Below are positions 19,583 to 30,231 of a stretch of DNA of 64,000 nucleotides, one piece after another. The position numbers and the translations under genes were made by a program. Numbering within the stretch: position 1 is the first letter of the stretch; the number at the start of each line of letters is the position of its first letter. The stretch is from Promethearchaeota archaeon (GTDB lineage Archaea; Asgardarchaeota; Lokiarchaeia; Sigyniarchaeales; SOKP01), in contig JAEOUA010000010.1 of assembly GCA_016839555.1 (NCBI GenBank), positions 1-64,000 of the forward strand, read 5' to 3'. The notes beneath the pieces were generated by a model. It had not been told where the DNA came from. It ran no database searches and was given only the letters and a program-made list of their open reading frames with translations.

Positions 19583-20725
19583 TTAATCCCTTAGTTTTGG
19601 AGGCGGTACATAAACCGTTCTTTTTCCTTCTAATAGTGAAATAGCAGATTCCGGACAAAATCTAGCGCAAATACCGCACCCTATACACCAATCGGGATTC
19701 CTTTCTGCTTTATTTTCCTCATTTAATTCTATGGCATCTACGGGACACTTTTTTATGCATGTTCCGCATCCACTACATAATTCTTGGTCGATATTAGAGA
19801 GAAAATTGGTATCATTTACCATGGGTATCACCCCCCCTTTCCAGAGCATAAATGTGGCACAACAATCCTTACAGCAATTGCATATACTTGTTTCATCACG
19901 CTCAATATTCCCATGGGGATGGAATGCTTTATGTACTAATCCAGCATCTTCTGATTTTTTTAAAATTTCCAAAGCCTCCTCCTGAGAGACTAATCTACCA
20001 AATCCTTGTGATGATACAAAACGAGCGCTCTTACCAAAAGTGAAGCATGTTTCGCGCAAATCAGTAATTTGACATGGTTTTCCCAAAAGATCTTGATGAT
20101 TTCTGCAAAAACAATGAGCTACGGCAATATCATCAAATTTATTAATAATATCTCGAATATTATTCGCAGTTAGAACTTTTTCTTCGTGAGGTTCGATTTC
20201 TTTATTGATTTCGATCTTAATTTCATTACCTTCTATATTTTCATATACTGGGACTGTCCTGTCTATAGGAGGTATTTTTTTAAACATCGGGAGCATCATA
20301 TCATATTTATCTTGAATTACCTCCTTTACTTCCTCAAATAGTTTATCAAATAATACTGCTATTTCTTTCTCTTTTTCGTTGAATTCGATTTTTTTCATGT
20401 AGGTATATTCAAACACTCCAATCATTATTAATGGGAGTAGACGATATACTATCAAACCCTTTGAACTTGGTTGATTAAAAAGTGCCCCTTTTTTAGCCAT
20501 TGAATTCACATTTTTCAAAATTTCTTGTTCAACCATACCAGTTTTTCCTTTTAATTGGTCCATTGTAAGAGAGGGTCGTCTTTTAAATGCTTTTATTATA
20601 AAATCTATTTCCTCATCAGTATAAAGCAGATGCATTATGTCCATAAGAGTATCGGTTATTGGGAATGGAAGCATCCCTGCTTTGACTATTATCTGTGCTG
20701 CACTTTTATATTTTTTTTCTGACAT
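19583..20725 (-). CDS. 4Fe-4S binding protein with N-terminal wHTH-like domain
   Basis: CFCR, ICNCCKDCC, CSGCGTC, CIGCGIC motifs. Confidence 0.85.
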   Translation of the reverse strand: MSEKKYKSAAQIIVKAGMLPFPITDTLMDIMHLLYTDEEIDFIIKAFKRRPSLTMDQLKGKTGMVEQEILKNVNSMAKKGALFNQPSSKGLIVYRLLPLIMIGVFEYTYMKKIEFNEKEKEIAVLFDKLFEEVKEVIQDKYDMMLPMFKKIPPIDRTVPVYENIEGNEIKIEINKEIEPHEEKVLTANNIRDIINKFDDIAVAHCFCRNHQDLLGKPCQITDLRETCFTFGKSARFVSSQGFGRLVSQEEALEILKKSEDAGLVHKAFHPHGNIERDETSICNCCKDCCATFMLWKGGVIPMVNDTNFLSNIDQELCSGCGTCIKKCPVDAIELNEENKAERNPDWCIGCGICARFCPESAISLLEGKRTVYVPPPKLRD

Positions 20726-20984
20726 ATTTAATATTAAGATCTACCTTCTATTTAATATACATCGAATAGTCTAAAGTTTTTTATATTGTTTTATAGAATA
20801 ATATCATTAAAAATTAACGCTATATCTAAATTCAAAAAATATAGAAATAGAACATTTTTTATAAGCTTTTTAAGATATAAATAATAAATAAAAAAACAAT
20901 ATAGTATTCTATAAGAAGTAATAAATTTATTTTAACAATAAATAATTAATATGTCTTAATCTTTTTAACACATCTCATAGTTCG

Positions 20985-22139
20985 GTGATTTCTATTTTTA
21001 GTATTGTAAGGGTTGAATCAAGAGAAGATAAAATGATAAAATTTCCTCTCTTAGGATATTTGGGATATATAATCACAAAAATCTTCAACATTTTCAAATG
21101 GCTTTCATTTTCTATTGATAAATTAGAAACTTCCAGGTTGAAAAACAGAATTGCGACGATTTCTATAAGAAAGCCTATTTTTATAGCTGGACTTGCTCGT
21201 GCGGGGACTACAATTATGCTGGAAATGTTAAGTAAACACCCTGAATTAGCAACACATCAATATAAACATCTCATTATGCCATATATTCCCTATGCAATTA
21301 ATTTAGCGATCACGAAGATGAAAATTCAAGCAAAACCATCTGAAAGAGTCCACCAAGATGGTATTATCATCAACCAAAATAGTCCTGAAGTAGTGGAAGA
21401 AATATTCTGGCAACAGTTCTTTAATCGTGCGCATAATCAAAGTGTTTCAAATATTATTGGTAAGGATGTCCAAAAACCAAAATTTGAATCTTTTTATAAA
21501 TCTCATATTAAAAAGCTTTTACTTAGTCAAAATGCTTCTCGCTATTTAACTAAAAATAATTATAATATCACAAGATTAGAGTATTTATTAAAATTATTTC
21601 CCAATAGTAAATTTATTTTAATGATACGTAATCCTATAAACCAAATAGCGTCATTAATCAAACAAACAAAACTTTTTTTAAATATTGAGAGGCAAAAACC
21701 GCTTTTTCAAGATTGGTTGCAAATGATTGGACATCACGAGTTTGGGAATGGTTTAAAATGCATTAATACTGGAAATCCAGAAATGATTAATAAAATACGA
21801 AATCTTTGGAGCGATAAAAAAACATATATACAAGGATGGGCTTACTATTGGCATTCTATTTATGAATATATCGCAAATCTCCTTGAAAAAAACGCGGAAA
21901 TTAAAAATGCTTCATATATAGTGAATTATGATGAACTTTGCGAAGATTCAGAGCGAATTATCGAGGGTTTAATTGAATTTTTGGAACTGCCGCAGGATAA
22001 ATTCGAATTAGTGAAGGAATACTATATTAATCATTTGGATAAACCCACTTATTATAAGCCCAATTTTTCGCAAAAAGAATTGGATGATATTAAAAAAATT
22101 ACAAGATCTACGGCAGAAAGATTTGGACTAAAAATTTAA
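20985..22139 (+). CDS. Sulfotransferase family protein (start uncertain: 20985, ATT 20994 or ATG 21033)
   Basis: 5'-PSB GLARAGTT; 3'-PB RNPINQIAS. Confidence 0.85.
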   Translation: MISIFSIVRVESREDKMIKFPLLGYLGYIITKIFNIFKWLSFSIDKLETSRLKNRIATISIRKPIFIAGLARAGTTIMLEMLSKHPELATHQYKHLIMPYIPYAINLAITKMKIQAKPSERVHQDGIIINQNSPEVVEEIFWQQFFNRAHNQSVSNIIGKDVQKPKFESFYKSHIKKLLLSQNASRYLTKNNYNITRLEYLLKLFPNSKFILMIRNPINQIASLIKQTKLFLNIERQKPLFQDWLQMIGHHEFGNGLKCINTGNPEMINKIRNLWSDKKTYIQGWAYYWHSIYEYIANLLEKNAEIKNASYIVNYDELCEDSERIIEGLIEFLELPQDKFELVKEYYINHLDKPTYYKPNFSQKELDDIKKITRSTAERFGLKI

Positions 22140-22342
22140 TCAATATTAACATAAGTTAAGAGATATTAGATTTTTGAAATTAGAATCGAAAATGCTTTGG
22201 AATTCAATTACATCTTTTACCTTTGAAAAGCTAAAATCACTTTATTAAAGAGATATTTTTAAACTTTTTAATGTATAGTTCACTATCCAAATACATCATA
22301 AATCATATTTCAAGATAATAATATTTCAAGTGATTATCGAAA

Positions 22343-23668
22343 ATGGTAAACGCATTAGTGGTAGGACACGGCGCTCGAGAACATGTAATTGGAGAAGCAT
22401 TAGTAAATGGAGGCGCAGAATTATTTGCATTTATGAGTTTTAAAAATGCAGGATTAGATAGATTAAGTAAAAATAGAATAAACATTCAGTCCGAAACCGA
22501 TTTTAAGGAAATGATTGAATTCTGTAAAGTAAATCAAATTGATTTTGTAGTTGTTGGCCCTGAGACCCCTCTCTGTGTGGGTATTGTTGATGCATTAGAG
22601 AGTAATGGATTTCCTTGTGTGGGCCCCCGAATAGAGCCCGCTCAAATTGAGGGTTCCAAAATTTTTATGAGAAATTTGTTAGAGAAATATAAAATACGGT
22701 CCAATGTGAAGGGAAGAAGCTTTAGTTCTATGAAGGGTGTTGAGGAATTTATTGATGAAATAGGAGAGAAAAATTTAGTTGTTAAACCAGATGGCTTAAC
22801 AGGTGGAAAAGGTGTGAAAGTATATGGAGATCATCTTTTTTCCAAAAAAGATATGATGAATTATTGTCAAGAATTAATAAATAACCGAAAACAATTTATT
22901 TTAGAGGAAAAAATGGTAGGAGAGGAATTCACTTTACAAACTTTTGTTGATGGAAAAATTGTGAAAGGGAGTCCTTTAGTTCAGGACCACAAGCGTGCCT
23001 ATGAAGGTGATGAGGGACCAAATACAGGTGGAATGGGTTCTTATTCTATGGCAAATCATTTATTACCATTTATTAATAAAGAAGTGGTGGAAGATGCGCT
23101 TGAGGATATGAAAAATGTTGTAGCAGCGATTAAAGCAGAAACAGGTATGAAATATAAAGGATTTTTGTATGGACAATTTATGAGAACGTCACAAGGCATA
23201 AAATTAATAGAATTTAATGCAAGATTAGGAGATCCAGAAGCGATGAATATACTACCCATTCTTAAAACTAATTTTGTGGATATTTGTTGGGCAATCTTAG
23301 AGGGGAATTTGGATGAAATAGATATTCAATTCGAAAAAAAAGCAACAGTATGTAAATATCTTGCACCCGAAGGATATCCTCTATCTCCTAAAAGTGATCA
23401 GAAAATTTTGATTGACCAGCAAAGATTAGAACAACTTGGAACGAAATATTATTATGCATCTGTTTATAAAGAAAAAGGAGAAATTTTTACTACCACTTCT
23501 AGAGCTATGGGAGTATTAGGTGTGGCAAACTCCTTAAAAGAAGCAGAAAGGATTGCAGAGAGCGGTGTGAGTTGTATTAAAGGAAATTTATTCCATAGAA
23601 AGGATGTGGGGACGCCCGAACTTTTACAAAAACGTATCGATCATATGAATTCACTTCTAAATGGATAA
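22343..23668 (+). CDS. purD: Phosphoribosylamine--glycine ligase
   Basis: GHGAREH, VVGPE, GGKGV, QDHKR, GPNTGGMG, EFNARLGDPE. Confidence 0.96.
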   Translation: MVNALVVGHGAREHVIGEALVNGGAELFAFMSFKNAGLDRLSKNRINIQSETDFKEMIEFCKVNQIDFVVVGPETPLCVGIVDALESNGFPCVGPRIEPAQIEGSKIFMRNLLEKYKIRSNVKGRSFSSMKGVEEFIDEIGEKNLVVKPDGLTGGKGVKVYGDHLFSKKDMMNYCQELINNRKQFILEEKMVGEEFTLQTFVDGKIVKGSPLVQDHKRAYEGDEGPNTGGMGSYSMANHLLPFINKEVVEDALEDMKNVVAAIKAETGMKYKGFLYGQFMRTSQGIKLIEFNARLGDPEAMNILPILKTNFVDICWAILEGNLDEIDIQFEKKATVCKYLAPEGYPLSPKSDQKILIDQQRLEQLGTKYYYASVYKEKGEIFTTTSRAMGVLGVANSLKEAERIAESGVSCIKGNLFHRKDVGTPELLQKRIDHMNSLLNG

Positions 23669-23814
23669 TCTATCTGAAAGAAATTATTATCAAATCTAAA
23701 CTTCTTGTATCTAAAAAATTATGAAATAATAGAAATAAAATGATTAAAAACCTTTATTGTTTTATATTTCATAACTAATAAATTATAATTTATTTTAATA
23801 TCATTTTATTTATT

Positions 23815-24300
23815 ATGACTGAAAACTCTAGAGACGCTGATATGAATAATTTAATAAAGGAATTATTTCATGCTGAAACATGGCAAGAGAGAGCTAATGC
23901 TGCGAGAAAGCTTGGATTTCTAAATGATGGAAGGGCCGTAAACCTAATGTGCACCGCTCTGAAAAAGGAAAAAGATCATATGGTTATTAATCGAATTATA
24001 GAAGCACTAGGGCGGATTGGCAACGTCAAGGCTACGATAGGAATCGTTGAAAAATTAAAAAAGGAATTTCAAAAAGCGAACCCTGATAAATATAGAGTTA
24101 TAACCATAATTGAAAGTCTAATGAATATTAAAGATAAACGAGCTTTAGCTTATATAGGTCATTTTCTAACTTCTGAGGATGAGGATATAAAGAACCTCGC
24201 ACAGGAGGCTTTTGATATAATCGAGCCTAATTGGCGTGAGATTCTTAAAAAAGAGAAAAAAGAGAAATCCATTCAAGATATTTTTAAAACTAATTTATGA
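23815..24300 (+). CDS. HEAT/PBS-lyase repeat protein
   Basis: RANAARKLG, IEALGRIG repeats. Confidence 0.8.
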   Translation: MTENSRDADMNNLIKELFHAETWQERANAARKLGFLNDGRAVNLMCTALKKEKDHMVINRIIEALGRIGNVKATIGIVEKLKKEFQKANPDKYRVITIIESLMNIKDKRALAYIGHFLTSEDEDIKNLAQEAFDIIEPNWREILKKEKKEKSIQDIFKTNL

Positions 24301-24425
24301 TTGATCATTATATAATTTGTTAGATGGTTTTCAATATAATACTTTAAACTAACATAATATCAGAAGAAATTTTATTTGGGTACCAAAATTTAAATAATTA
24401 ATACTTATTAAGTTATTGAAAAATA

Positions 24426-24656
24426 ATGAAAGTAGATATGGATAAAGAGATAGCTGAGGATCTGATAAGTTACAAACTTAGAAATATTCAAGAACATATA
24501 ACTAAAATATTAAAACGTTGGAATGAAACGAATGCTTTTACCTTTTTGGAAAAAGCAAAAGATGGCACGTATTCTGAGGCAGAAAATGACGCTATCGATC
24601 TAAAACAACTATTGCTCGAAGAGAAGAAATTAAAAAATCTTTATAATACACTTTAG
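24426..24656 (+). CDS. Putative antitoxin (TumA-like) of a type II TA pair
   Basis: 76-aa helical protein abutting a DUF6516-like gene. Confidence 0.5.
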   Translation: MKVDMDKEIAEDLISYKLRNIQEHITKILKRWNETNAFTFLEKAKDGTYSEAENDAIDLKQLLLEEKKLKNLYNTL

Positions 24657-25031
24657 GTGCTATTCCTCTTGAAGGCTTTAGATAAGCTTTTTTTAGCTCG
24701 CAAAATGCTTCTTGAGGAATTAATTTCAAAAATAAAAGATGAAAAAATAGATGATGAGCGTCCTTTTTTAAAAATTACTTTTTTTAATGGTTTAATACTT
24801 TATATTCGATATAATGACTATAATGAATACTCTTATCAGTTAATTTATTCCCAAGATCATCTTGATCGAATAAGATATGATAATTTTGATGATAGATGGG
24901 AGGTAAAATCTAAGCATCATCATTTTCATCCTAAAGGCAGGGAAGAGGCTATTGAAAGTCCGATGAATGGAATTCCAAAACACGATATTAAAATTCTACT
25001 AAAAACCATTTTAAAAAAAATATTCATTTAA
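24657..25031 (+). CDS. DUF6516/TumE-like toxin (start may be 24669 or 24705)
   Basis: YSYQ....IRYDN...HHHFH motif. Confidence 0.7.
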   Translation: MLFLLKALDKLFLARKMLLEELISKIKDEKIDDERPFLKITFFNGLILYIRYNDYNEYSYQLIYSQDHLDRIRYDNFDDRWEVKSKHHHFHPKGREEAIESPMNGIPKHDIKILLKTILKKIFI

Positions 25032-25127
25032 TTTATTCTTGATTCCCCACTATTAATAATTTAATAATAAGATTAATTAAGTGTAGTATTTCCTACGAAA
25101 TTATTAATGATAAGTTCTTGAGAACAT

Positions 25128-26237
25128 ATGAAAAAAACAAAAGTTTGTTGTTGGGATTTGGAAGGACCTCTCTCTGTGGTAGATTTTGCTGCGGAAATGG
25201 GTAAAAAATTGGGCGAGAAATCTGACTTGGGTGTACAAAACTATGATATGGGAGAATTTTTCTTTATGATTTCAAATTACGATGATTATTTAATTGATAC
25301 TCCTGGAATTAAAGAGGAATTAGGTATTCCAGAATATCAGCCTGGAGATACTCTAAGAATAATGGCCCCAATGTATGTAGCCTGTTTCACTAACGATGAA
25401 TTACTAGATTTAGCAAAAGAGAATTTGGGGATTCTTCCCGGTATTAGAGAGTTGATGGCATTATTGCAAAAAGATTGGGAAATTTTTGTGATTTCTACGA
25501 GCTACACCCAATTTGCTTATCAAGTTACAAAAGAACTAAACATATCCAGAGACCATGTGTATTGCACAGAATTCCCAATCAATGAATTAAGAGCACAAGC
25601 TTCTAATATTAATGAAAGTGTTGACAGACTTGTAAAGAATATTTTTGAAAAATATCTTAAGAACAATAAAAATCTAGAATCTGTGTTAGAGGATCTTAAT
25701 GACTTTTTTTGGAAAGACAAGAAATCAGATTATATTAACATAATGAATAAAATTAGTGTTAGAGGCGGTGAAAGAAAAGAGAAAGCCGTAGAAGATATAT
25801 CACATCGTACCGGTGTCTCCATCTCAGAAATAATCTCAATAGGAGATTCTATAACTGATATCAATATGCTGAATAGAGTGAATGAAGAAGGAGGGATTGC
25901 AATATCTTTCAATGGTAATAGATTCTCCTTAAAGTATGCTAATATTGCGGTGACTACTCCCAATGGTCTTGGTATTTTGCCTATTTTTGAGCACCATAAG
26001 AAAATTGAATCTTTCCTACTGGACTGGGAAAATAAATACCAAAAATTTAAGGATAGTCCAAAGGAAATTCCTGATAATCTTGTTTCTAATATTTGCAAAA
26101 ATCATTTTATATATTTTGATTTTGTTCCAAAGATTAGAGATTTAAAAAACAAATCCACTAAAGAGTTAGATCAAATTATTTCAAACCAAGAAAAAATGCG
26201 CAAAAAAGTAAGAGGATGGGCTGGAGAATTAGGATGA
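25128..26237 (+). CDS. HAD-superfamily hydrolase (EhaR-like)
   Basis: WDLEGPLS motif I, ISTSY, GDSITD, FNGN. Confidence 0.8.
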   Translation: MKKTKVCCWDLEGPLSVVDFAAEMGKKLGEKSDLGVQNYDMGEFFFMISNYDDYLIDTPGIKEELGIPEYQPGDTLRIMAPMYVACFTNDELLDLAKENLGILPGIRELMALLQKDWEIFVISTSYTQFAYQVTKELNISRDHVYCTEFPINELRAQASNINESVDRLVKNIFEKYLKNNKNLESVLEDLNDFFWKDKKSDYINIMNKISVRGGERKEKAVEDISHRTGVSISEIISIGDSITDINMLNRVNEEGGIAISFNGNRFSLKYANIAVTTPNGLGILPIFEHHKKIESFLLDWENKYQKFKDSPKEIPDNLVSNICKNHFIYFDFVPKIRDLKNKSTKELDQIISNQEKMRKKVRGWAGELG

Positions 26238-26521
26238 TTTTTTTGGCATTTATATTTTTTTCAACCTCAGCATAATAATATCTTCACTATTTGAACAATT
26301 GGATCTCTCTCATTAATAAAAATTAATATGAAAAATTAGATCAGGAACTCTGAGTTTTTTATTAAATTGATTTATGTCTTTACATAAAAGGTATTATATT
26401 TGTTATAATTTCTACTTTTAATATAGTTGATTTGCCTCTTAATTGACATAGCAGAAATAAGATTTATATATTTATGTGTCTTATTTGATATCCGGTGAAA
26501 TCTATTTAGGAGGTTTTATAT

Positions 26522-27385
26522 TTGAAATTTAATTATTTTAGAAAATTCCAAAAATATAGAATGAGTTTTTTAATTGGAGTCGCATTGATTTTATCGGGGC
26601 TGCTCGCAATCTACAACTCCAACCTCGAGTCGACTAACCCAATCAACGCACCTATATTTCCGATATCTTCTTCTATTCCCACCGCGGCGGCAGGTGATGA
26701 TGCGCCACATGACTTCATAAACTTTTCATCGGGGAATCCACCTAATATTGAACCACATCAGATGTTAGACTTAAAGAGCTGTAAATATTATGATAATAAC
26801 ATAATTGATTTATCGGTCTACGATACTATAGACGATACTCATGCAAATATTACGAATGGGGGTTGGTATTCTATAAGTTTAGTTGAAAAAGGTGGAAGTA
26901 ATAAATACGTTTTAGCGATTGGAAAGAATGTTTTGCCGCTTTTACCTTTCACTCAAATCAGAGCAATAATCATGAATAGTTCTAATGGTGATATTTGGAA
27001 CGGAACAGAGTGGGTAAGCACGATGTCCCCTCACTTAACTGAGGAAGGAATTGATCTTTGCGATAGTGATCCTAATGGAACATCGACGATAAAAATGGAT
27101 CTTTCTGAGGTTACAGGGATCAACCGTAATAATATAGAAAAGCTTTATTCCGGTGTAGTGTCATTTCTTAAGATTAATGATGATACGATTTATGATGAGT
27201 GTGGTATAAACTTTGCTAGCGCTGGTGCAGGTATAGATCCTTTACTTCTGTTATTGATGTCGCAACAACCTGCTCCTACGGGAATTCCAAGCTTCCCCCC
27301 ATTAATTCTTAGCTTCGCGGTATATATCTCGATCCTCTCATTAATTATTACATTTTGGAAAAGAAAAAACTTACATATGATCTGA
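26522..27385 (+). CDS. Secreted surface protein with Loki-CTERM-like anchor
   Basis: GGAGG SD, TTG start, N-terminal signal/TM, C-term GIPSFPP + TM + KRK. Confidence 0.7.
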   Translation: MKFNYFRKFQKYRMSFLIGVALILSGLLAIYNSNLESTNPINAPIFPISSSIPTAAAGDDAPHDFINFSSGNPPNIEPHQMLDLKSCKYYDNNIIDLSVYDTIDDTHANITNGGWYSISLVEKGGSNKYVLAIGKNVLPLLPFTQIRAIIMNSSNGDIWNGTEWVSTMSPHLTEEGIDLCDSDPNGTSTIKMDLSEVTGINRNNIEKLYSGVVSFLKINDDTIYDECGINFASAGAGIDPLLLLLMSQQPAPTGIPSFPPLILSFAVYISILSLIITFWKRKNLHMI

Positions 27386-27669
27386 ACAGAATAATACAAT
27401 CTAATATTAATTCTATATACCTTTTTTTTTTAATATTTTTAAGGGATATAATCTCCTAAAGATGTTTGAAGGATTCTGTTGCTTTTTTTAATTTATTTAA
27501 TTGGACTTAATTCATAATAAATACCCTTTTAGTAAAAAATTAAAGAGATCGAGAATGAAGACTAATAAAAATTCAATTAATTTTAATAATTCTAATATTA
27601 GAAATGTGTATAAAATTTTCCTGGCTAGTTTCTGGAGTTAAAAAACACCCCTCTTTTTATGTATTTAGT

Positions 27670-28287
27670 TTATCTCATTCTTCGATCTCCTATATATCCA
27701 CCCAGAGTAAAATATATATGCTTTTCATAATAGAGCGGTCTCATAAGCCCTTTTTGCTTACATAAATTCGTTCGTAAAAGATCTTCATCAAGGGATAAAG
27801 CTACGACTTCTGCGGTTATTATAACTCGATTTTTTGCCTCCTCTGATACTTCTTTTATCCACATAGTTTTACATTCCATATGAGTAGTACACTCCTCTAT
27901 TCTCGGTGGTTTGACTATTTTTGATTCAATGGGTGTTAAATTAGCGTGAATAAATTCATCTACTTCCGAAGGGACAGGATCTGCTGTCCGATTAACCTTT
28001 TTTAGCATATTCGAGCTGGGCGCATTTAAAACAAATTCATTTATCGCTTTAATATTTCTATATGTATCTCTATTTTTAGATGATCCAATAGAAATAATCA
28101 AAGGATGATAAGAGACAGGCATTACCATCCCATAGGGAGCAATATTATAAATATTGTGCTCATCAACGGTGGAGATCAAATAAACGGGAACAGGGATAAA
28201 GCATAATTCATAATCTTTTAATTCGAGATCCTTTTTCTTTTTCATACATCTAGCATAAGTAATGAAAAATTTAAGCTTAACCATCAA
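27670..28287 (-). CDS. Flavin reductase family protein (DIM6/NTAB); start may be 28245 or 28284
   Basis: NIAPY, RDTYRNI...EFVLN, VKPPRIEEC..MEC. Confidence 0.85.
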   Translation of the reverse strand: MMVKLKFFITYARCMKKKKDLELKDYELCFIPVPVYLISTVDEHNIYNIAPYGMVMPVSYHPLIISIGSSKNRDTYRNIKAINEFVLNAPSSNMLKKVNRTADPVPSEVDEFIHANLTPIESKIVKPPRIEECTTHMECKTMWIKEVSEEAKNRVIITAEVVALSLDEDLLRTNLCKQKGLMRPLYYEKHIYFTLGGYIGDRRMR

Positions 28288-28313
28288 ATGGAGGAAATTT
28301 ACGATTTTCTATT

Positions 28314-28541
28314 CTAATCATGATTCAAGTAATAGTTCTTTAATTTAGGATCTTCTGTTCCATCAGGTAATATATAATCCGGAGAAACGTAACCTTCCTT
28401 TTCGAATCTTTTTTTCCTTATACAGTTTTTTCCTCCGTTCCAACAGAATTCTTGAACCCATTTTTTATCTATTAACCCTAAATCGTAAGCTCGTTTTATC
28501 GCTGAGGTTTCATTATACCATGGGCATTCGGTTTTCTTCAT
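28314..28541 (-). CDS. Small conserved Cys-containing hypothetical protein
   Basis: CPWY...WVQEFC...CIR...PDYILPDG. Confidence 0.65.
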   Translation of the reverse strand: MKKTECPWYNETSAIKRAYDLGLIDKKWVQEFCWNGGKNCIRKKRFEKEGYVSPDYILPDGTEDPKLKNYYLNHD

Positions 28542-28680
28542 ATAATAATAAATTTCTAATAATTTATATAAGAAATTCCTAATTCAAAGCTTAAAAAAAT
28601 TCAACTTAACTAGGTTTCTTAAGATATTAATAAAAATCAAAAATAATTAAGATCTTTATATCATAACATAACCTGCAACC

Positions 28681-29472
28681 ATGAAAGAAAATAACATAAA
28701 TTATATAGAGACAAGTTCTTTAGAAGGAAAAGTGGTTCTAGTAACTGGTGCTACTGGAGGGATTGGAACTGCAATTTGTAATAGATTTGCAGAATTAGGA
28801 GCTTTTATTTATATCTGTGATATTAAGGGGGCAGTGGAATTAGCAAAAAAGATAAACGAACAATATGAGAAGCAAAGATCAATAGCTGCTCAATATGATA
28901 TCTCAAATAAAGATGAAATTGAAAAAATGTATCAAAAAATAGAAGATAAGAAAAATGGAGTTGATATTCTTATTAATAATGCTGCTGTTCACGGCAGTGG
29001 AGATTTTCCTCATATCTCCTTTGAAGATTTCTTAAAAACTATTAAGATTGATCTTTGTGGTGCTATGTATTGCACACTTAAAGCACTTCCTCATATGAAA
29101 AAAAAGAGATGGGGGCGAATTTTATTCACTGGCGCCCCTTTATCTTCTTCTGGGATTCCTTGTCCATATCTTGCTGGAAAGTCGGGCTTTATTGGGCTAA
29201 CAAAATATATTTCTAAAAAATATGAGGATTATAACATTAGAACATTTGCCTTAGTATTGCGACATTGTGATACACCGATGATTAGGATGGTTATGAAAGC
29301 CAGAGGGAAAGATGTTGAAAAGGGTATAATTGAAATGAATAAAAAATCAAAGACTGGTAAAATGATAACTCCGAACGAGGTTGCTGAAATCTATGCATAT
29401 TTCTGTTTAGCAAAATCATCAAAAATAAATGGGTTAACGCTTCTTTCAGACGGAGGAATTACCTATCTTTAA
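28681..29472 (+). CDS. SDR family oxidoreductase
   Basis: TGATGGIG, LINNAA, YLAGK. Confidence 0.9.
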   Translation: MKENNINYIETSSLEGKVVLVTGATGGIGTAICNRFAELGAFIYICDIKGAVELAKKINEQYEKQRSIAAQYDISNKDEIEKMYQKIEDKKNGVDILINNAAVHGSGDFPHISFEDFLKTIKIDLCGAMYCTLKALPHMKKKRWGRILFTGAPLSSSGIPCPYLAGKSGFIGLTKYISKKYEDYNIRTFALVLRHCDTPMIRMVMKARGKDVEKGIIEMNKKSKTGKMITPNEVAEIYAYFCLAKSSKINGLTLLSDGGITYL

Positions 29473-29487
29473 ATGAGGAGATATAAT

Positions 29488-30186
29488 ATGAACGAAGAGA
29501 ATTATAGAGGAAAAAATTGTATTATTTTCGGAGCCAATAGTTTTGTTGGTGAAACCATTGGAAAATTTCTTGCTCAAAAAAATGTAAATCTTGGTCTTAT
29601 AGATCTGAAATCCTATGCAAACAGATATATATTAAAAGGTTTTAAAAAAGATAATGAAGTTATTTATAAGATAATCGAATCTGCCAATAAAGAAGAAATT
29701 GATAAAGCAATTGAGGATATATATAATAATTTTGGATATATTCACTATTTAATCTGTTCCTTCTATATTAATAAGATAAGAGGCAAAATTTCCCAAGAGG
29801 ATTTATCCTTACAAACATGGGATAATTTATTTCAAGATTGGATTATTAATTATTTTCTAATATTGAAAGCTGTTGTTCCATTGATGATTAACGCAAAAGA
29901 GGGAAAGGTAATTTTTATTAATACAACCACTGGCTATACAGGAGAAGGTGAGGGAGAAGGCCAACTTACAATTGATGGTTCTATCCATGAGAGCGCCTGC
30001 TCAAGTGGAATCACAGGAATGTTAACTTCAATTGCAGCTGATGTCATCCCTCAAGGCATTTCCGTAAATGGGATAGCTCTAGGAAATAATTATAAAAATG
30101 ATTCTGAGAGGATTCTTTGGGCTGTAAATTTATGGCTTTCAGGGATAGGGGAATATTCATGTGGACAAATACTTAGATTATATTGA
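29488..30186 (+). CDS. Degenerate SDR-fold protein
   Basis: FGANSFVG and GISVNGIA SDR-like features but no NNAG or YxxxK; GAGGAG SD before ATG 29488. Confidence 0.7.
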   Translation: MNEENYRGKNCIIFGANSFVGETIGKFLAQKNVNLGLIDLKSYANRYILKGFKKDNEVIYKIIESANKEEIDKAIEDIYNNFGYIHYLICSFYINKIRGKISQEDLSLQTWDNLFQDWIINYFLILKAVVPLMINAKEGKVIFINTTTGYTGEGEGEGQLTIDGSIHESACSSGITGMLTSIAADVIPQGISVNGIALGNNYKNDSERILWAVNLWLSGIGEYSCGQILRLY

Positions 30187-30231
30187 ATGTTTTTTCTCTC
30201 TCATAATTAATAAATTTTAAAATATTAGTAG

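Noticed and set aside
25128-26237. Energy-converting hydrogenase operon
   Set aside because: Only a HAD-fold EhaR-like gene is present; no hydrogenase subunits
28314-28541. Uracil-DNA glycosylase label sometimes attached to similar small proteins
   Set aside because: 75 aa and no UDG catalytic motifs
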